Shown here: one piece after another, positions 22,466-35,297 of the stretch
How the letters are laid out: the number at the start of each line of letters is the position of its first letter
Numbering within the stretch: the stretch's first letter is position 1
NCBI GenBank assembly: GCA_040437565.1
Contig: JBDOQK010000019.1
Span: forward strand, 372,001-436,000
Length of the DNA: 64,000 bases
From: Albugo candida
Taxonomy: Eukaryota
Direction of reading: 5' to 3'
Program-made: the position numbers and the translations under genes
The notes under the pieces: model-generated
Databases searched by the model: none
What the model saw: the letters and a program-made list of their open reading frames with translations, nothing else
What the model was told of the DNA's origin: nothing

Positions 22466-24629
22466 TTATGACTCCATCGTGCACCATGAAGACTGAAGAA
22501 ACGCATTCAAATCTCCATCGTTCTTGAACGCAGTTGTGATATCTTCCATCACTTGGATAAAATGCTGTTCCGAGATCACCTGCACGACATCTAAAGATAC
22601 CATCAACGATGAAAGACTTAAAAGGCTGTACCTTTGAAGGAGATACGCCCCAGAGATCAAGATAAGCTTTCACAGTGTCCGTTAAAGACGTCCCATTACT
22701 TTTCATGCAATGGTTCTCGTGATCGCTCAGCCACTTTGGAGTTAACGTTCCGCCTGCTGCGTCTGCCAATTGATTGAAAAGAATAGCAAATCGCGCGTAT
22801 CGGTTTGGATCACGTGGAAGACGAATTGATGCGAGCATCTTGTCGATTGGAATACGCTCGGCCGAACGCTACAGCAAAGAAAGAGACTGATGACGACACA
22901 CTCTACAAAGAATACAGAAGACGTACGCTAGCGATTGAATCGAGCCACAAGTCAAAATGCTCCATACGCAATGGCAAATGGTATTTCTGCACATGTGAAT
23001 GAAATTGCTTGCGATTGACAAAGCCTTCTTGTCGCGTATCGAGACCAACACATTGCACGATAAAGCTCCGAAACGCGTACACACTTTGCGACAAGCATTC
23101 ACGAAGCAAAAAGACGACCGAGTCGGGTGTAGCGACGAAGAATTGAAGAGGACGTTGTGGATGCTCACAATCGTCTAATACGAAACTCCAGCGATTCACT
23201 GCCAATTGAACGCGACCTTCGATATCGGGCGCATGCGTACCGACTTCTTCTTTCGACAAAAGATGATGTTTGCCGGCATTCTTAGCGTTCAGCCCACAGA
23301 CTTCAGTCTCAACGCCGAAATCAGTCGGTACCTTAGCACGTGATTGTCCATGCAACGCCGCGCCGGTCATTTTATGTCGGAGCGTCACACAATCGCCAAC
23401 ACGGATCTGTGACCCTTTTGCCAGCATCTTTGGAGCCCCTGCAAGATCCGCTGGTTCACAATGCCAAAGCGCGCTGGAATCCGCAGTCTGACTCATCCAA
23501 ACGCGCTGGTTGTACGTAATAGGACTCATGGATCGTTCTGTCTTGAGTCCGGATTTCAAGAAGAGCAATGGACGTAGAAAAGCGCTTTGATCGTCTTCAA
23601 GGAGAGTCTCACTGCATCCAAGATAGAATTCATCTCCGTATCCAAGTGTCGCTGACGCTTTTGTCTCGAGCACCACGGAATCGCGCTTTGTCGTATACTC
23701 TTTTGGCGATATGATGCGGAAGACTGCTCGTGCGGAAATCGCAAATGTCGGCAGTATTGTNNNNNNNNNNNNNNNNNNNNNNNNNNNNNNNNNNNNNNNN
23801 NNNNNNNNNNNNNNNNNNNNNNNNNNNNNNNNNNNNNNNNNNNNNNNNNNNNNNNNNNNNTCTCAACGCCGAAATCAGTCGGTACCTTAGCACGTGATTG
23901 TCCATGCAACGCCGCGCCGGTCATTTTATGTCGGAGCGTCACACAATCGCCAACACGGATCTGTGACCCTTTTGCCAGCATCTTTGGAGCCCCTGCAAGA
24001 TCCGCTGGTTCACAATGCCAAAGCGCGCTGGAATCCGCAGTCTGACTCATCCAAACGCGCTGGTTGTACGTAATAGGACTCATGGATCGTTCTGTCTTGA
24101 GTCCGGATTTCAAGAAGAGCAATGGACGTAGAAAAGCGCTTTGATCGTCTTCAAGGAGAGTCTCACTGCATCCAAGATAGAATTCATCTCCGTATCCAAG
24201 TGTCGCTGACGCTTTTGTCTCGAGCACCACGGAATCGCGCTTTGTCGTATACTCTTTTGGCGATATGATGCGGAAGACTGCTCGTGCGGAAATCGCAAAT
24301 GTCGGCAGTATTGTGACGAGGAATTCATTCGACCCGAATGAAGGCGTTTCTTGGAAAATATTACATGCTAAAGCTCCTTCCGATTCGATATGGCGAACAG
24401 CGACAATTTGATTGTACCGAATGCATCCATCGACGTCAAAGGAACAATGCGCTTCACGATGGAGTCTTTGCTGCTTTTGACGAAATACAGAAAGTAACGA
24501 TCCATTTTGTGATTGCTTATTGGCCTTCCGAGAAGCTTCTTCCTGCATGAGCTCTTCATTCCAATTCCCAATACGAGTGCATGGCTGATACCTCGCACCT
24601 CCGATCAATTGTTGTGGTGTGAATTGCAT
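22466..24629 (-). CDS. CFAP161: CFAP161-like flagellar protein with C-terminal calcyphosin-like EF-hand region
   Basis: RYQPCTRIGNWNEE, VTLRHKMTGAAL...TDFGVETEVC; then degenerate EF-hands (DTRQEGFVNRKQF) and a last exon ending FIQVMEDITTAFKNDGDLNAFLQSSW. Segment 23307-23760 is repeated at 23861-24314 by assembly overlap. Confidence 0.75.
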
Positions 24630-24734
24630 TCGTATTCGGCTTTGGAAGCAACACGTTCAATGGAGAGTCAGGTGTTTATTTTTAAAGGTCTCATGCAAAA
24701 AGTTCTAATGGAAGATCGAAGACGCTCACGCTTT

Positions 24735-26927
24735 TCAATGGGCTTTCTTGTACTTTATGAAGCGCTTGAGATTCAAAAGCGACTCTTTCACGTGTGCGAT
24801 GACATCCCGATCCATTTTCAAGTGCTCTGCTGTCACTTTATTTCGACACATTGCCAAAGTCGTTTCCAACGCCGACAACGCATTCATACTTTTAAAGATT
24901 GTGTCAAATGATTCATCGGCATAGATATCGAAGATCGCATTCAATGCTGCAACAACCACTTCGAGATTTGTATCATTCAGTCGGGAAAAAAGTCTCTCTC
25001 CGATCAAAGCGTTCTCATTCCTATCCCGTGAACGTGTACCAATACAACTCAGGGTCCCAATCAAATTCATTGTCGCTTCGGAATCATTTGTTGCGTGGAC
25101 TCTCTTCAGCAAATATTCAAAGTGCTGAGGCTCAAGACGGATGCTGTCATATCGCCGAAGGATTGATTGCATCGCCGATGTACTACAAGCCGAGTCAGAA
25201 GAGTAAATGGCGATACGATGACGTACATCGCTATCTCTAGGTCCACGCTATCGGCAGCTTTCATCTGTGGAAGCGATATCGTCGAAGAATGTTTGTAAAT
25301 GGTACAGAGATTGTGGAAAATCGCAAAAGCTTCCGATGAAACTATCGACAGCCTTTGAGATCAATTGCGAGACGTCCACCATCGATCGACGTACCTTCAC
25401 ATTGTGGAATTTGAATCAGATTGTTGAGAGCATTACAAACGCGTATTCGCATCGTCACAAAGTCGCCAGCTGCATAGAAAGTGTCACTACGAGGAAGCAA
25501 GGAGCGAGGAAACATACCGATCACATTGTTAAAGTCTGGAACACTCACGAGCCCTTGAAGGATCTGCCGACAGAGATGAAACACACGACTTTGATTGATT
25601 GCGATATGCGCGCGTGTGAGTTTATTGGATCCATCGCTATCGGTGTTCATTTGACTCGAAGCGTATTGCTCCATGATCTCTTCCTCGTCACTTCCCCACT
25701 CTTCCTCATCGATCGCTATCACACAATACGCAACAAAGCGCGACTTTCAACACCGCTTATGGAGAGATGAGAAGTCACTCACCGTCTTCATCGAAGACTG
25801 CAAGTTCCGCCACAAGTTCCATTGCCAACACTATTGTCTGCACATTCTCGCGCCATGAACGACAAATTGCTTGAGCATTTTTAATCGCTTCCCTCTCATT
25901 GGAACTCAACTCTCCATCTTCAATCAAACACTCTTCTTCCAAAAGTGTCTTCTGAGCGATTTCCCATACTTGACGCACGTGTTGTGCTTGTTGGATGACA
26001 TTGGATGCATTGAATTCCAATGCTTTTTCGAGATGCGGAATGCATTTTTGGATTTGGTTTTCTGCTTGTTTCATCGAAGGAATATTGACAATGATCGCAA
26101 TTACAAGCAATTTACGATATAGAGACACATTCATATCCAAAACCTCATTCAATGTCAGTGAAAACATCGCATTGGACGCAAACATCGCATTCAAAATGGG
26201 ATTATGATCCGTGAGCAGCATCATGCAACGCAATGTTTCCGTGTGAACTTGAGGTTCCTGGGCTCCCAACCGGATGATCTGCATGATTGGATGTATCAGA
26301 TTCCCTTGAAGTGTCTCGTGTATGGCATGTGGACTACTCTCGCAAAGATTTGTCAAAAGCGCGATTGCTTGTTCCAGCATTTGTAATGCTTCCGCATGCA
26401 TTTTCGTCGAATTGAATGTGTCGGCGACGCCATTGGAAGTGAGTACTTTAATGAGAGGTGTGATCACATTCGAGCGGATGAGAGTCTCACAGAAAGAAAC
26501 ACCACCAGCGACACTGAGGTTTCTATGGAGATGACGTGAGATGAGATGAGACGGAGGAAGAGCAAGTACCGACCGCAAGGCTCCGAGCGCGTGGAGACGA
26601 ACCATTTTCAATGGATCGACTATTCTCGGAATGAGCTTTTCACAGAGACCTCCACGTACCATACGATCAAACTGCTTTTGGACATTGAGGTCGGATGGAT
26701 CCAATGCGTCTCCAAACATATTAGCGATCACGACACATGTCGTCTCGCGTACGGATCCATGCAAATCGACAAGCTGCAGGAACACATGAGCTTCCGTTAT
26801 GATTGTGTCATTTTCAACGTACGCCCTGAAGCAATGGATCATCTTCGGATGTGATAGTATTTTTCGAAGACGAAGTGACACGTTGTGGTTTCTTGATCCG
26901 AGTTGTACGTTTTGTCGCCTTCCCCAT
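24735..26927 (-). CDS. HEATR3: HEAT repeat-containing protein 3 / symportin Syo1 homologue, multi-exon
   Basis: Basic N-terminus MGKATKRTTR, VRLHALGALRNLS, LLTNLCESS, acidic loop DEEEWGSDEEE, ALNAIFDIYADE, ESLLNLKRFIKYK. Confidence 0.85.
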
Positions 26928-27109
26928 GACAGCGCGAAGATAAGAGCGGCAATGGAGCGAGAATTCTTCGTCACCAATTGATTGAGATGCTTATAGTTAT
27001 ATTATACATTATACTATAGTTTATAAATACCGGTAAATAGACCTCGTCGGCCACGTGGAAGTGTATTTTGCTATCATCCGTTTACAGACTCATTGAAACA
27101 CTCGACACG

Positions 27110-28574
27110 ATGCTGTCACGACACGCACATCGAGTTGGAACTCTACTCACTTGTTTTATCCTTTTTTCAAATGTTTGCGGATTGTTCTCGCCAAAGGATC
27201 CGATTAAACATTTGGACAAGAAATCGTTTCGAAATCTTCTGGTAGACTGACTCATTTCTCACGCAATCTCTCATCTATTCTCCCATGTGGCTATATAGAA
27301 AAGTAAGGGCTTATGGATTGTCAAATTCTATGCTCCGTGGTGCGGTCATTGCAAACAACTCGCGCCGGAATGGGTCAAAGCCGCTAAAGCGCTAGATGGA
27401 GTCGTCAACGTCGCTGCAGGTACCGTGTGTTGCATATTACAACGCTATTATCTTTATGCAAAGGATCAATGTAGTCGACTGTGATCAACATAAAGACTTG
27501 GCGGCTCAATATGGCGTCCAAGGCTTTCCAACCATCAAGATCTTTGGTCAAGACAAGACCAAGCCAAAAGATTACCAGGGAGCCCGTGATAGCGCTGGAA
27601 TCGTACAGACTTGCCTACAGGAAGCATCATCGATGGTACGACAACGCGCGTCCGGGAAGAAGAAACAAACCAAAACTAAAAAGAAAGAGACGGTCAAGAA
27701 AAGTGCTTCCTCATCCAAACAGAAAAAAAGAAAAAGCGATGTGATCACTTTGACTGATAAGAATTTCGACTCTTTGGTTCTGCAAAGCGGTGAGGTCTGG
27801 ATGGTGGAATTTTACGCTCCGTGGTGCGGACACTGTAAGAAACTGGCTCCAGAGTGGGAAAAAGCTGCGACCGATTTGAAAGGATCTGTTATGGTGGGAG
27901 CGATTGACGCGACTGCATATGAAAAAAAAGCCGCTGAATATGGAGTGAAAGGATTCCCCACACTCAAGGTTTTTGGACCAAATGCTGCTTCCGCGAAGGA
28001 TGCTATCGATTATCCTGGAGAACGAAACGCGGATGCTATCACCAATTTTGCACTCGCAAAAGTAGAAGCTGATGGTGGTGGACTCAAAATCAAGGAATAC
28101 TATTCAAAAGATGTGCTTACCTCCACTTGCGTCGGAAAATCCAGTTGTGTGATCGCTTTTTTGCCACATATTACGGAAGGCGGGAAAGCTGTACGTGAAA
28201 GTTACATAAATGTCCTGCAGGAGGCGTCGAAGCTTGTGCGTGGTAAACCCTTTCGATTCGGTTGGATTCAGGGTGGAGATCAACCAGAAATTGAACGTGC
28301 ATTCGAACTATCGTTTGGATTTCCTTCTCTTGTCGCCGTGAGCTTTGACCGCAAACGATACGTTGTGCAGCGTGGTGCTTTTTCAGCTCCCGATATCGCC
28401 GACTTTTTGCATGGCTTACTGCATGGCCGGGAGAGTACCACAGCTTTTGAAGAGTTTCCTCACATGAACAAGATGAAGCCGTGGGACGGTAAAGACGTCA
28501 AATTGGATCTTGTCGAGGATGAAAGCGTGGACGAAGATATTCTAAGCGAAATCATCAATAAGGACGAATTGTAG
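27110..28574 (+). CDS. PDIA6: Protein disulfide isomerase A6 (P5)
   Basis: Signal peptide, two [10 protein letters not shown] thioredoxin sites, P5-type C-terminal domain, PWDGKD and C-terminal KDEL; two short introns. Confidence 0.95.
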
Positions 28575-28706
28575 GCGAGTTTTGTAGTTTCCTAAAAATG
28601 CAAGACCTTTCTCGAAAACTTGCGTATAAGTGATACTGAGTAGACCACGCTATTTCCGACATATGTCAGTTCGATTATTTGAGATTCGAAAAAATAAACG
28701 ATTTTG

Positions 28707-30050
28707 ATGCCGATCCGATCCATTAAAGCCCGTCAAATCTTTGACTCCCGTGGAAACCCAACGGTTGAGGTGGATCTACACACGGAGAAAGGCTCCTTCC
28801 GCGCATCTGTACCGAGTGGAGCTTCCACAGGAGACTTTGAAGCACGCGAATTGCGTGATGGAGGGAAGGATTACATGGGCAAAGGTGTGCTACAAGCAAT
28901 TGCAAATGTGAATGACATCATCGCACCTGCTTTGATCAGCAAGAATGAAGTCGATCAATCGGTATTGGACAAATTGATGGTTGAATCCTTAGACGGAACT
29001 AAAAATGAGTGGGGATGGTGCAAGGAAAAGCTCGGGGCGAATGCAATTCTGGCAGTCTCCTTGGCAATTTGTAAAGCTGGTGCTGCAGCTAAAGAGGTTC
29101 CTTTATGGAGACACATTGCTAATCTAGCGGGGAACCCATCGCCTTGTATGCCAGTTCCTTCCTTTAATATTATCAATGGTGGCTCCCATGCGGGTAATAA
29201 ACTGGCGATGCAAGAGTTTATGATTCTTCCAATTGGCGCTGCGACGTTCAAAGAAGCCATGAAGATCGGATGCGAGGTGTATCACACATTAAAAAAGGTA
29301 ATCAAGGATCGATATGGACTCGATGCGACCGCAGTGGGCGATGAAGGCGGCTTTGCGCCCAATATCCAAGAGAATAAAGAAGCTTTGGATCTGATCGAGG
29401 AAGCTGTGAGAATTTCCGGGTACACCGACAAAGTGAGAATCGGAATGGATGTCGCTGCGTCCGAATTTTACGAAAAAGAGTCCAATTGTTACATTTTGGA
29501 CTTTAAGAATGCTCAACGCGCCAATTCGGAACGATTCTCACCGGATAAACTCATCCAACTATACGAGAGCTTTATCGACAAATGCAAGGACACGAGTCCT
29601 ATTGTTTCAATTGAAGATCCCTTCGATCAGGAAGATTGGGATTCCTGGATCAAAATGACGAAAAAAGTTGGAGAACAAGTCCAAATTGTTGGCGATGATC
29701 TTACAGTCTCCAATCCGACTCGAGTACAACGAGCCATTGAAATGAAAGCTTGTAACGCATTGCTGCTCAAGGTGAATCAGATTGGAAGCGTGACTGAAAG
29801 TATTGAAGCTGCGATGATGGCCAAAAAAGCCGGCTGGGCCGTTATGGTGAGCCATCGAAGTGGTGAAACAGAGGACACTTTCATTGCTGATCTGGCAGTC
29901 GGATTGAGCACAGGACAAATCAAAACCGGGGCCCCATGTCGTTCGGAACGTCTGGCCAAATACAATCAGCTTTTACGCATTGAGGAAGAGCTCGGTGATG
30001 CTGCTTGTTACGCGGGTCAAAATTTCCGCAACCCAAAGAGATTGAGTTAG
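28707..30050 (+). CDS. ENO: Enolase, intronless, no N-terminal presequence
   Basis: [57 protein letters not shown]. Confidence 0.98.
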   Translation: MPIRSIKARQIFDSRGNPTVEVDLHTEKGSFRASVPSGASTGDFEARELRDGGKDYMGKGVLQAIANVNDIIAPALISKNEVDQSVLDKLMVESLDGTKNEWGWCKEKLGANAILAVSLAICKAGAAAKEVPLWRHIANLAGNPSPCMPVPSFNIINGGSHAGNKLAMQEFMILPIGAATFKEAMKIGCEVYHTLKKVIKDRYGLDATAVGDEGGFAPNIQENKEALDLIEEAVRISGYTDKVRIGMDVAASEFYEKESNCYILDFKNAQRANSERFSPDKLIQLYESFIDKCKDTSPIVSIEDPFDQEDWDSWIKMTKKVGEQVQIVGDDLTVSNPTRVQRAIEMKACNALLLKVNQIGSVTESIEAAMMAKKAGWAVMVSHRSGETEDTFIADLAVGLSTGQIKTGAPCRSERLAKYNQLLRIEEELGDAACYAGQNFRNPKRLS

Positions 30051-30622
30051 CACTGATTGGTTCAAATGAAAAGTGCTAATTGATCGTTTGCATTATCGCC
30101 CACTCATATGCTTTTTCTACGCTTTTCAGCCTGTTAAAAATTGACTGCGTTTGTTGTATACTTTCTTGAAGCTTTTCGATCAAAGGCGGATACTGCGTCA
30201 TTGCCGCATGCATTCCGTCCGAAATGTCCAAATTCTGTAGCTTTGAATATTTACTGAATTGCGTCATGTTTGTGAAAAGTTCCACAAGCTTTCTATAAGC
30301 GGTTCAGAATCATTCATACTGATAGTTTCGTTTCTAATTTCTTACTCTTGATACTCCAATTCGATTGGGATGGCGTCCTCAATCGAAGCCGCACGTAATA
30401 TTTGGAGAATTGACTCTGCTGCGCGAATAAATTGCTCCATTTGCATGCGACACGACCGAATTTCATTTATTCGATAATCTATTTGATGTTGTGAGAACGA
30501 GAAAACTACAAATGTCTAGCGANNNNNNNNNNNNNNNNNNNNNNNNNNNNNNNNNNNNNNNNNNNNNNNNNNNNNNNNNNNNNNNNNNNNNNNNNNNNNN
30601 NNNNNNNNNNNNNNNNNNNNNN

Positions 30623-32044
30623 CTTTATGGAGACACATTGCTAATCTAGCGGGGAACCCATCGCCTTGTATGCCAGTTCCTTCCTTTAATATTATCAATG
30701 GTGGCTCCCATGCGGGTAATAAACTGGCGATGCAAGAGTTTATGATTCTTCCAATTGGCGCTGCGACGTTCAAAGAAGCCATGAAGATCGGATGCGAGGT
30801 GTATCACACATTAAAAAAGGTAATCAAGGATCGATATGGACTCGATGCGACCGCAGTGGGCGATGAAGGCGGCTTTGCGCCCAATATCCAAGAGAATAAA
30901 GAAGCTTTGGATCTGATCGAGGAAGCTGTGAGAATTTCCGGGTACACCGACAAAGTGAGAATCGGAATGGATGTCGCTGCGTCCGAATTTTACGAAAAAG
31001 AGTCCAATTGTTACATTTTGGACTTTAAGAATGCTCAACGCGCCAATTCGGAACGATTCTCACCGGATAAACTCATCCAACTATACGAGAGCTTTATCGA
31101 CAAATGCAAGGACACGAGTCCTATTGTTTCAATTGAAGATCCCTTCGATCAGGAAGATTGGGATTCCTGGATCAAAATGACGAAAAAAGTTGGAGAACAA
31201 GTCCAAATTGTTGGCGATGATCTTACAGTCTCCAATCCGACTCGAGTACAACGAGCCATTGAAATGAAAGCTTGTAACGCATTGCTGCTCAAGGTGAATC
31301 AGATTGGAAGCGTGACTGAAAGTATTGAAGCTGCGATGATGGCCAAAAAAGCCGGCTGGGCCGTTATGGTGAGCCATCGAAGTGGTGAAACAGAGGACAC
31401 TTTCATTGCTGATCTGGCAGTCGGATTGAGCACAGGACAAATCAAAACCGGGGCCCCATGTCGTTCGGAACGTCTGGCCAAATACAATCAGCTTTTACGC
31501 ATTGAGGAAGAGCTCGGTGATGCTGCTTGTTACGCGGGTCAAAATTTCCGCAACCCAAAGAGATTGAGTTAGCACTGATTGGTTCAAATGAAAAGTGCTA
31601 ATTGATCGTTTGCATTATCGCCCACTCATATGCTTTTTCTACGCTTTTCAGCCTGTTAAAAATTGACTGCGTTTGTTGTATACTTTCTTGAAGCTTTTCG
31701 ATCAAAGGCGGATACTGCGTCATTGCCGCATGCATTCCGTCCGAAATGTCCAAATTCTGTAGCTTTGAATATTTACTGAATTGCGTCATGTTTGTGAAAA
31801 GTTCCACAAGCTTTCTATAAGCGGTTCAGAATCATTCATACTGATAGTTTCGTTTCTAATTTCTTACTCTTGATACTCCAATTCGATTGGGATGGCGTCC
31901 TCAATCGAAGCCGCACGTAATATTTGGAGAATTGACTCTGCTGCGCGAATAAATTGCTCCATTTGCATGCGACACGACCGAATTTCATTTATTCGATAAT
32001 CTATTTGATGTTGTGAGAACGAGAAAACTACAAATGTCTAGCGA
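30623..32044. repeat. Gap-flanking duplicate of 29101-30522 (partial second enolase), probable assembly overlap
   Basis: Appears identical over ~1.4 kb, offset 1522, starting immediately after a 100-N gap. Confidence 0.85.
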
Positions 32045-33200
32045 CCGATTCGCTGAGGTGTTAATATTTCGTCGGCGTTGTGTGTGGCCTCCAATCTCTC
32101 AATTTGTTTTGTGCGCTATTAACGCAAAGTGAGATTGAATGGTTATTCTTTTTGTGACGAATACCTCGAGAACTGTCTGGTGAAGGTCAGAGAGCTGTCG
32201 TAATTGGGTTAGAGTCTCGAGAGAAGAATTCTTTTCGGGTATTTCTGGTTTCTAAGTCATTTATGAGTTCGAATCGATCGAGAATATCAGCATTACCAAT
32301 CCTTGTCTCGCGGCAAATTGCTGCAATCCTCCTAAGGCGAATTCCTCGCGACCGTTTGTGGAATGAAGCCAGGGATTCGCCATCAATATCGACCACAACA
32401 GCAACGTGAGAGAATTTTGTATTATTTAAGGGGAATTTCCTATATTGACTCGCTTCTTTTAGTGGACTCTTATTATAGATGACAGCATGTTCCGTTATCG
32501 AACCTTGCACATTCTGATACCGTGTGATATGCGTGCTCGTCGCTTGCTGTAAACGAGTGAGAGTCCTTTGCAAGAAGCCCGTTGTGAAAGAATCATTGAC
32601 AACTAGATCATTCATGGACCTTAGCGATGTATGGTTGTGTCATGACATTACCTCTGTCGTATTCCTATAGCGATCTGATTTAGCCACAAGGGCATCATCT
32701 GAACTTGAAGATGAGTTTCCGTAGAGCAAGGATGAGTTTGTCTATTTTGAAGGAGTTCTTGCGAGGCGAAAAATATGCGTTGTGGAGAAAGGCAGTAGCG
32801 GTACGATCTGCCTTAATGTTTCACTTCATTTGCATAAATTGGATAATAAGAATTTAGGAGGCGCTTTCAAAAGCACTGACTAAGTTCACNNNNNNNNNNN
32901 NNNNNNNNNNNNNNNNNNNNNNNNNNNNNNNNNNNNNNNNNNNNNNNNNNNNNNNNNNNNNNNNNNNNNNNNNNNNNNNNNNNNNNNNNGGCGGAGGTAA
33001 GGATAACTCTGGAGATTGCGCACGGATACGTATGGTACATTGTAATTATGCAGTTTGAGCGTGTTTTTATGGAATGGATCATTCAGCACGGTCCCACGAG
33101 ACGGAATTGTGTCGGGATCAGACAGAAGAAATGATTGACCGAGACCATAATCGATTAATTGCGGCGGATCGATTGGGTACCAGGAAGTTGCCTCCATCAT
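31598..33200 (-). CDS. Hypothetical multi-exon protein with helical/coiled-coil C-terminus
   Basis: ORF pieces 32990-33200, ~32650-32810, 32187-32615, ~31870-32000 and 31598-31815 can be linked by GT-AG introns; spans a gap; no family recognised. Confidence 0.45.
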
Positions 33201-33270
33201 TTGATTCCTTGTTAGCCTTTATAGTGTGCACAACCGTATATTTTACACTTGCGGGTGTCATGGAAGAATG

Positions 33271-34995
33271 CTAAAAACTCTTGGTTTTCAGCTGCGCAAA
33301 GTGGCTAGGTGTTACGCCCTGTGTCATCATCTGCATCGAGCAATACAAGATCGTTGTCCATTGTACCCACTCCTGCATGTTTTGCGCTTGAAATACTATC
33401 TGACGCTTCTTAAATGGGGTGATCGCAAAACAATGCGTTCGATTTTCGACTTGAATCAGACTCAATTGCGACTTTGATAAGGAAAAAGACGCATATAATG
33501 ACTTTCTCTTCTTTTTTTCCATGCATAAAGCCTCTGAAGATTTGCATCGAAAGTACTGAAACTCGCCATTTCTTATTGAGACAAAACACTCTATCCATTT
33601 CGAACGTTGTTTCATGCAAAAACTGCCAGACATTCTCGGGAGAAGAAGAAAGCGAAGTCGCAACGGGAAGTCTGCATGAGCCATCACCTTGTTCACCTCA
33701 TCGTACCCGTATTCAAGCACTTGGTCGCCATTTATAGCCGACAATTGACTTCCAAAAGGAACAGAATTTCTCCAACTTTTACTCACAATTACCGCTTCCG
33801 TTTTCCGTTCAAATTCAACGTCAAAGGATTCCGCATCGACGTACTCGATCTCTACTTGAAGGAGTGGAATGCTGTCTGCTTGATTCATAATACAAGCCAA
33901 ACCAGGGACCGTGTGAATCGTACGTTTTGATTGTAGAACGAGCTGAGCTTCCTGTAAGGCTTCCAACCAATTGTACATTTCCAAGACACTAGTGGCCTTC
34001 AAGCCGATCTGAAGGTCTGATCCGAATAATACAAAAGAGGTAGAACAAGCTCCTTGTGCTTGTGCCGAGCCAGGACGAACACGAGTTCCCTTCAGGCAGA
34101 CAGTCTTCTTGTCTTCTTGGTCTCGATTATACAATTGAAGAGCTCCGTTCTCAATTCGAGCATACGAGATAGTCCATTGTTCCATGCCGAAATGCGTCAA
34201 TAGATAACCTTCCATACGAATGTACATCGTAGGATCATCATATCGCTTCCATTCATGCGGACGATCATGTTCACCGACGAGATAATTCACCGTCTTACGC
34301 GACGGATTCCAATCTTCCATCCACGTGACGTGATTTGACTGCAACTTCAGTATCCATTGGATCATTTCCTGCTGTGTAGGAGCACTCAATATTATGGCTT
34401 CTCGGCACGTGGAAATGACAAACACATTCTTATTGTCTGTAAAATTGGTTTGTATTGAGACTCCCGGTCGCATTTCAGCTGAGATATCCATACAGCCTCG
34501 ACATTTCTGTTGGTTTATATCGGCATAAAAACGCAATTGATTTTTGGTCAATACGGCAAAGACCCAATTGTCACAATTGAAAGATTGCTCGCATTTTTCC
34601 AGCCATCCGCTCATTACAGTCACAGTATGCGATTCAGCATTTGAATCTATGAGTTTGAAAGCATACTTTTTATTGGCGCCTGCATTTTTTGCTTTTCGGG
34701 GCGTGAGTATGTTCCACAGAGATCGTTTCGTTGCAGAATGTGTGTTTTTTTGTGGGCGAAAGAATCGTTTCGGCGAATTTTGTAGCGTTTTAGCACCTGT
34801 GAGAGATTTGAGTCCTCGCGGTGTGGAAAGCACCGATGAAGGTGTTCTCATATTCCGATCTTCCCATGGATTACACGATCGCGTACTTCCCATCATGCTG
34901 CTCCAAAACGATGGAGAATGGAGCTGAGTCGGCTCATTGACAGCTTGAGAGCACGTTTTGCCGCTTGCTTTTGATGAGAAATACGAGTTTACCAT
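33271..34995 (-). CDS. Multi-PH-domain protein (PH-PH-PDZ-like-PH)
   Basis: MSGWLEK...EMIQWILKL, MEGYLL...EMYNWLEAL, GSQLSAINGDQV...PLRLRF (PDZ-like), MSGSFCMK...EWVQWTTIL. Confidence 0.85.
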   Translation of the reverse strand: MVNSYFSSKASGKTCSQAVNEPTQLHSPSFWSSMMGSTRSCNPWEDRNMRTPSSVLSTPRGLKSLTGAKTLQNSPKRFFRPQKNTHSATKRSLWNILTPRKAKNAGANKKYAFKLIDSNAESHTVTVMSGWLEKCEQSFNCDNWVFAVLTKNQLRFYADINQQKCRGCMDISAEMRPGVSIQTNFTDNKNVFVISTCREAIILSAPTQQEMIQWILKLQSNHVTWMEDWNPSRKTVNYLVGEHDRPHEWKRYDDPTMYIRMEGYLLTHFGMEQWTISYARIENGALQLYNRDQEDKKTVCLKGTRVRPGSAQAQGACSTSFVLFGSDLQIGLKATSVLEMYNWLEALQEAQLVLQSKRTIHTVPGLACIMNQADSIPLLQVEIEYVDAESFDVEFERKTEAVIVSKSWRNSVPFGSQLSAINGDQVLEYGYDEVNKVMAHADFPLRLRFLLLPRMSGSFCMKQRSKWIECFVSIRNGEFQYFRCKSSEALCMEKKKRKSLYASFSLSKSQLSLIQVENRTHCFAITPFKKRQIVFQAQNMQEWVQWTTILYCSMQMMTQGVTPSHFAQLKTKSF

Positions 34996-35297
34996 AACGA
35001 ACAACTTTTAGTGATACTTTGGATCTCCGGTGCGTTAAGTGACTTCATCGCAGAAGAGGCACAAAGTCGAGTCGATTTTGGGAGATCGCTTCGTTTACGA
35101 GTTGTGTGTACCCCATAGATCTCAGCTCCGCTGCTTTATAAGGAGACCTCAGCAAAAAGAACAACGAAAGAAAGATAAAAAGCTGCGTTCGGATCACTCA
35201 AGTCAACAAGTAATGGGACAGAATGAGCAAAGACATTATTTCGAAGCACATTTGAATGAGAATAATTCTACCTTATGTTTCACTCAGCCGATGATTT

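Noticed and set aside
23307-24314. Apparent tandem duplication in CFAP161
   Set aside because: Identical 454-bp copies either side of a gap
30053-30062. CCAAT box (CTGATTGGTT) after the enolase stop
   Set aside because: Lies between two convergent stop codons, not in a promoter position
30623-31572. Apparent second, tandem enolase gene
   Set aside because: Appears identical to 29101-30050 including downstream sequence and starts exactly at a 100-N gap; best explained as unmerged contig overlap
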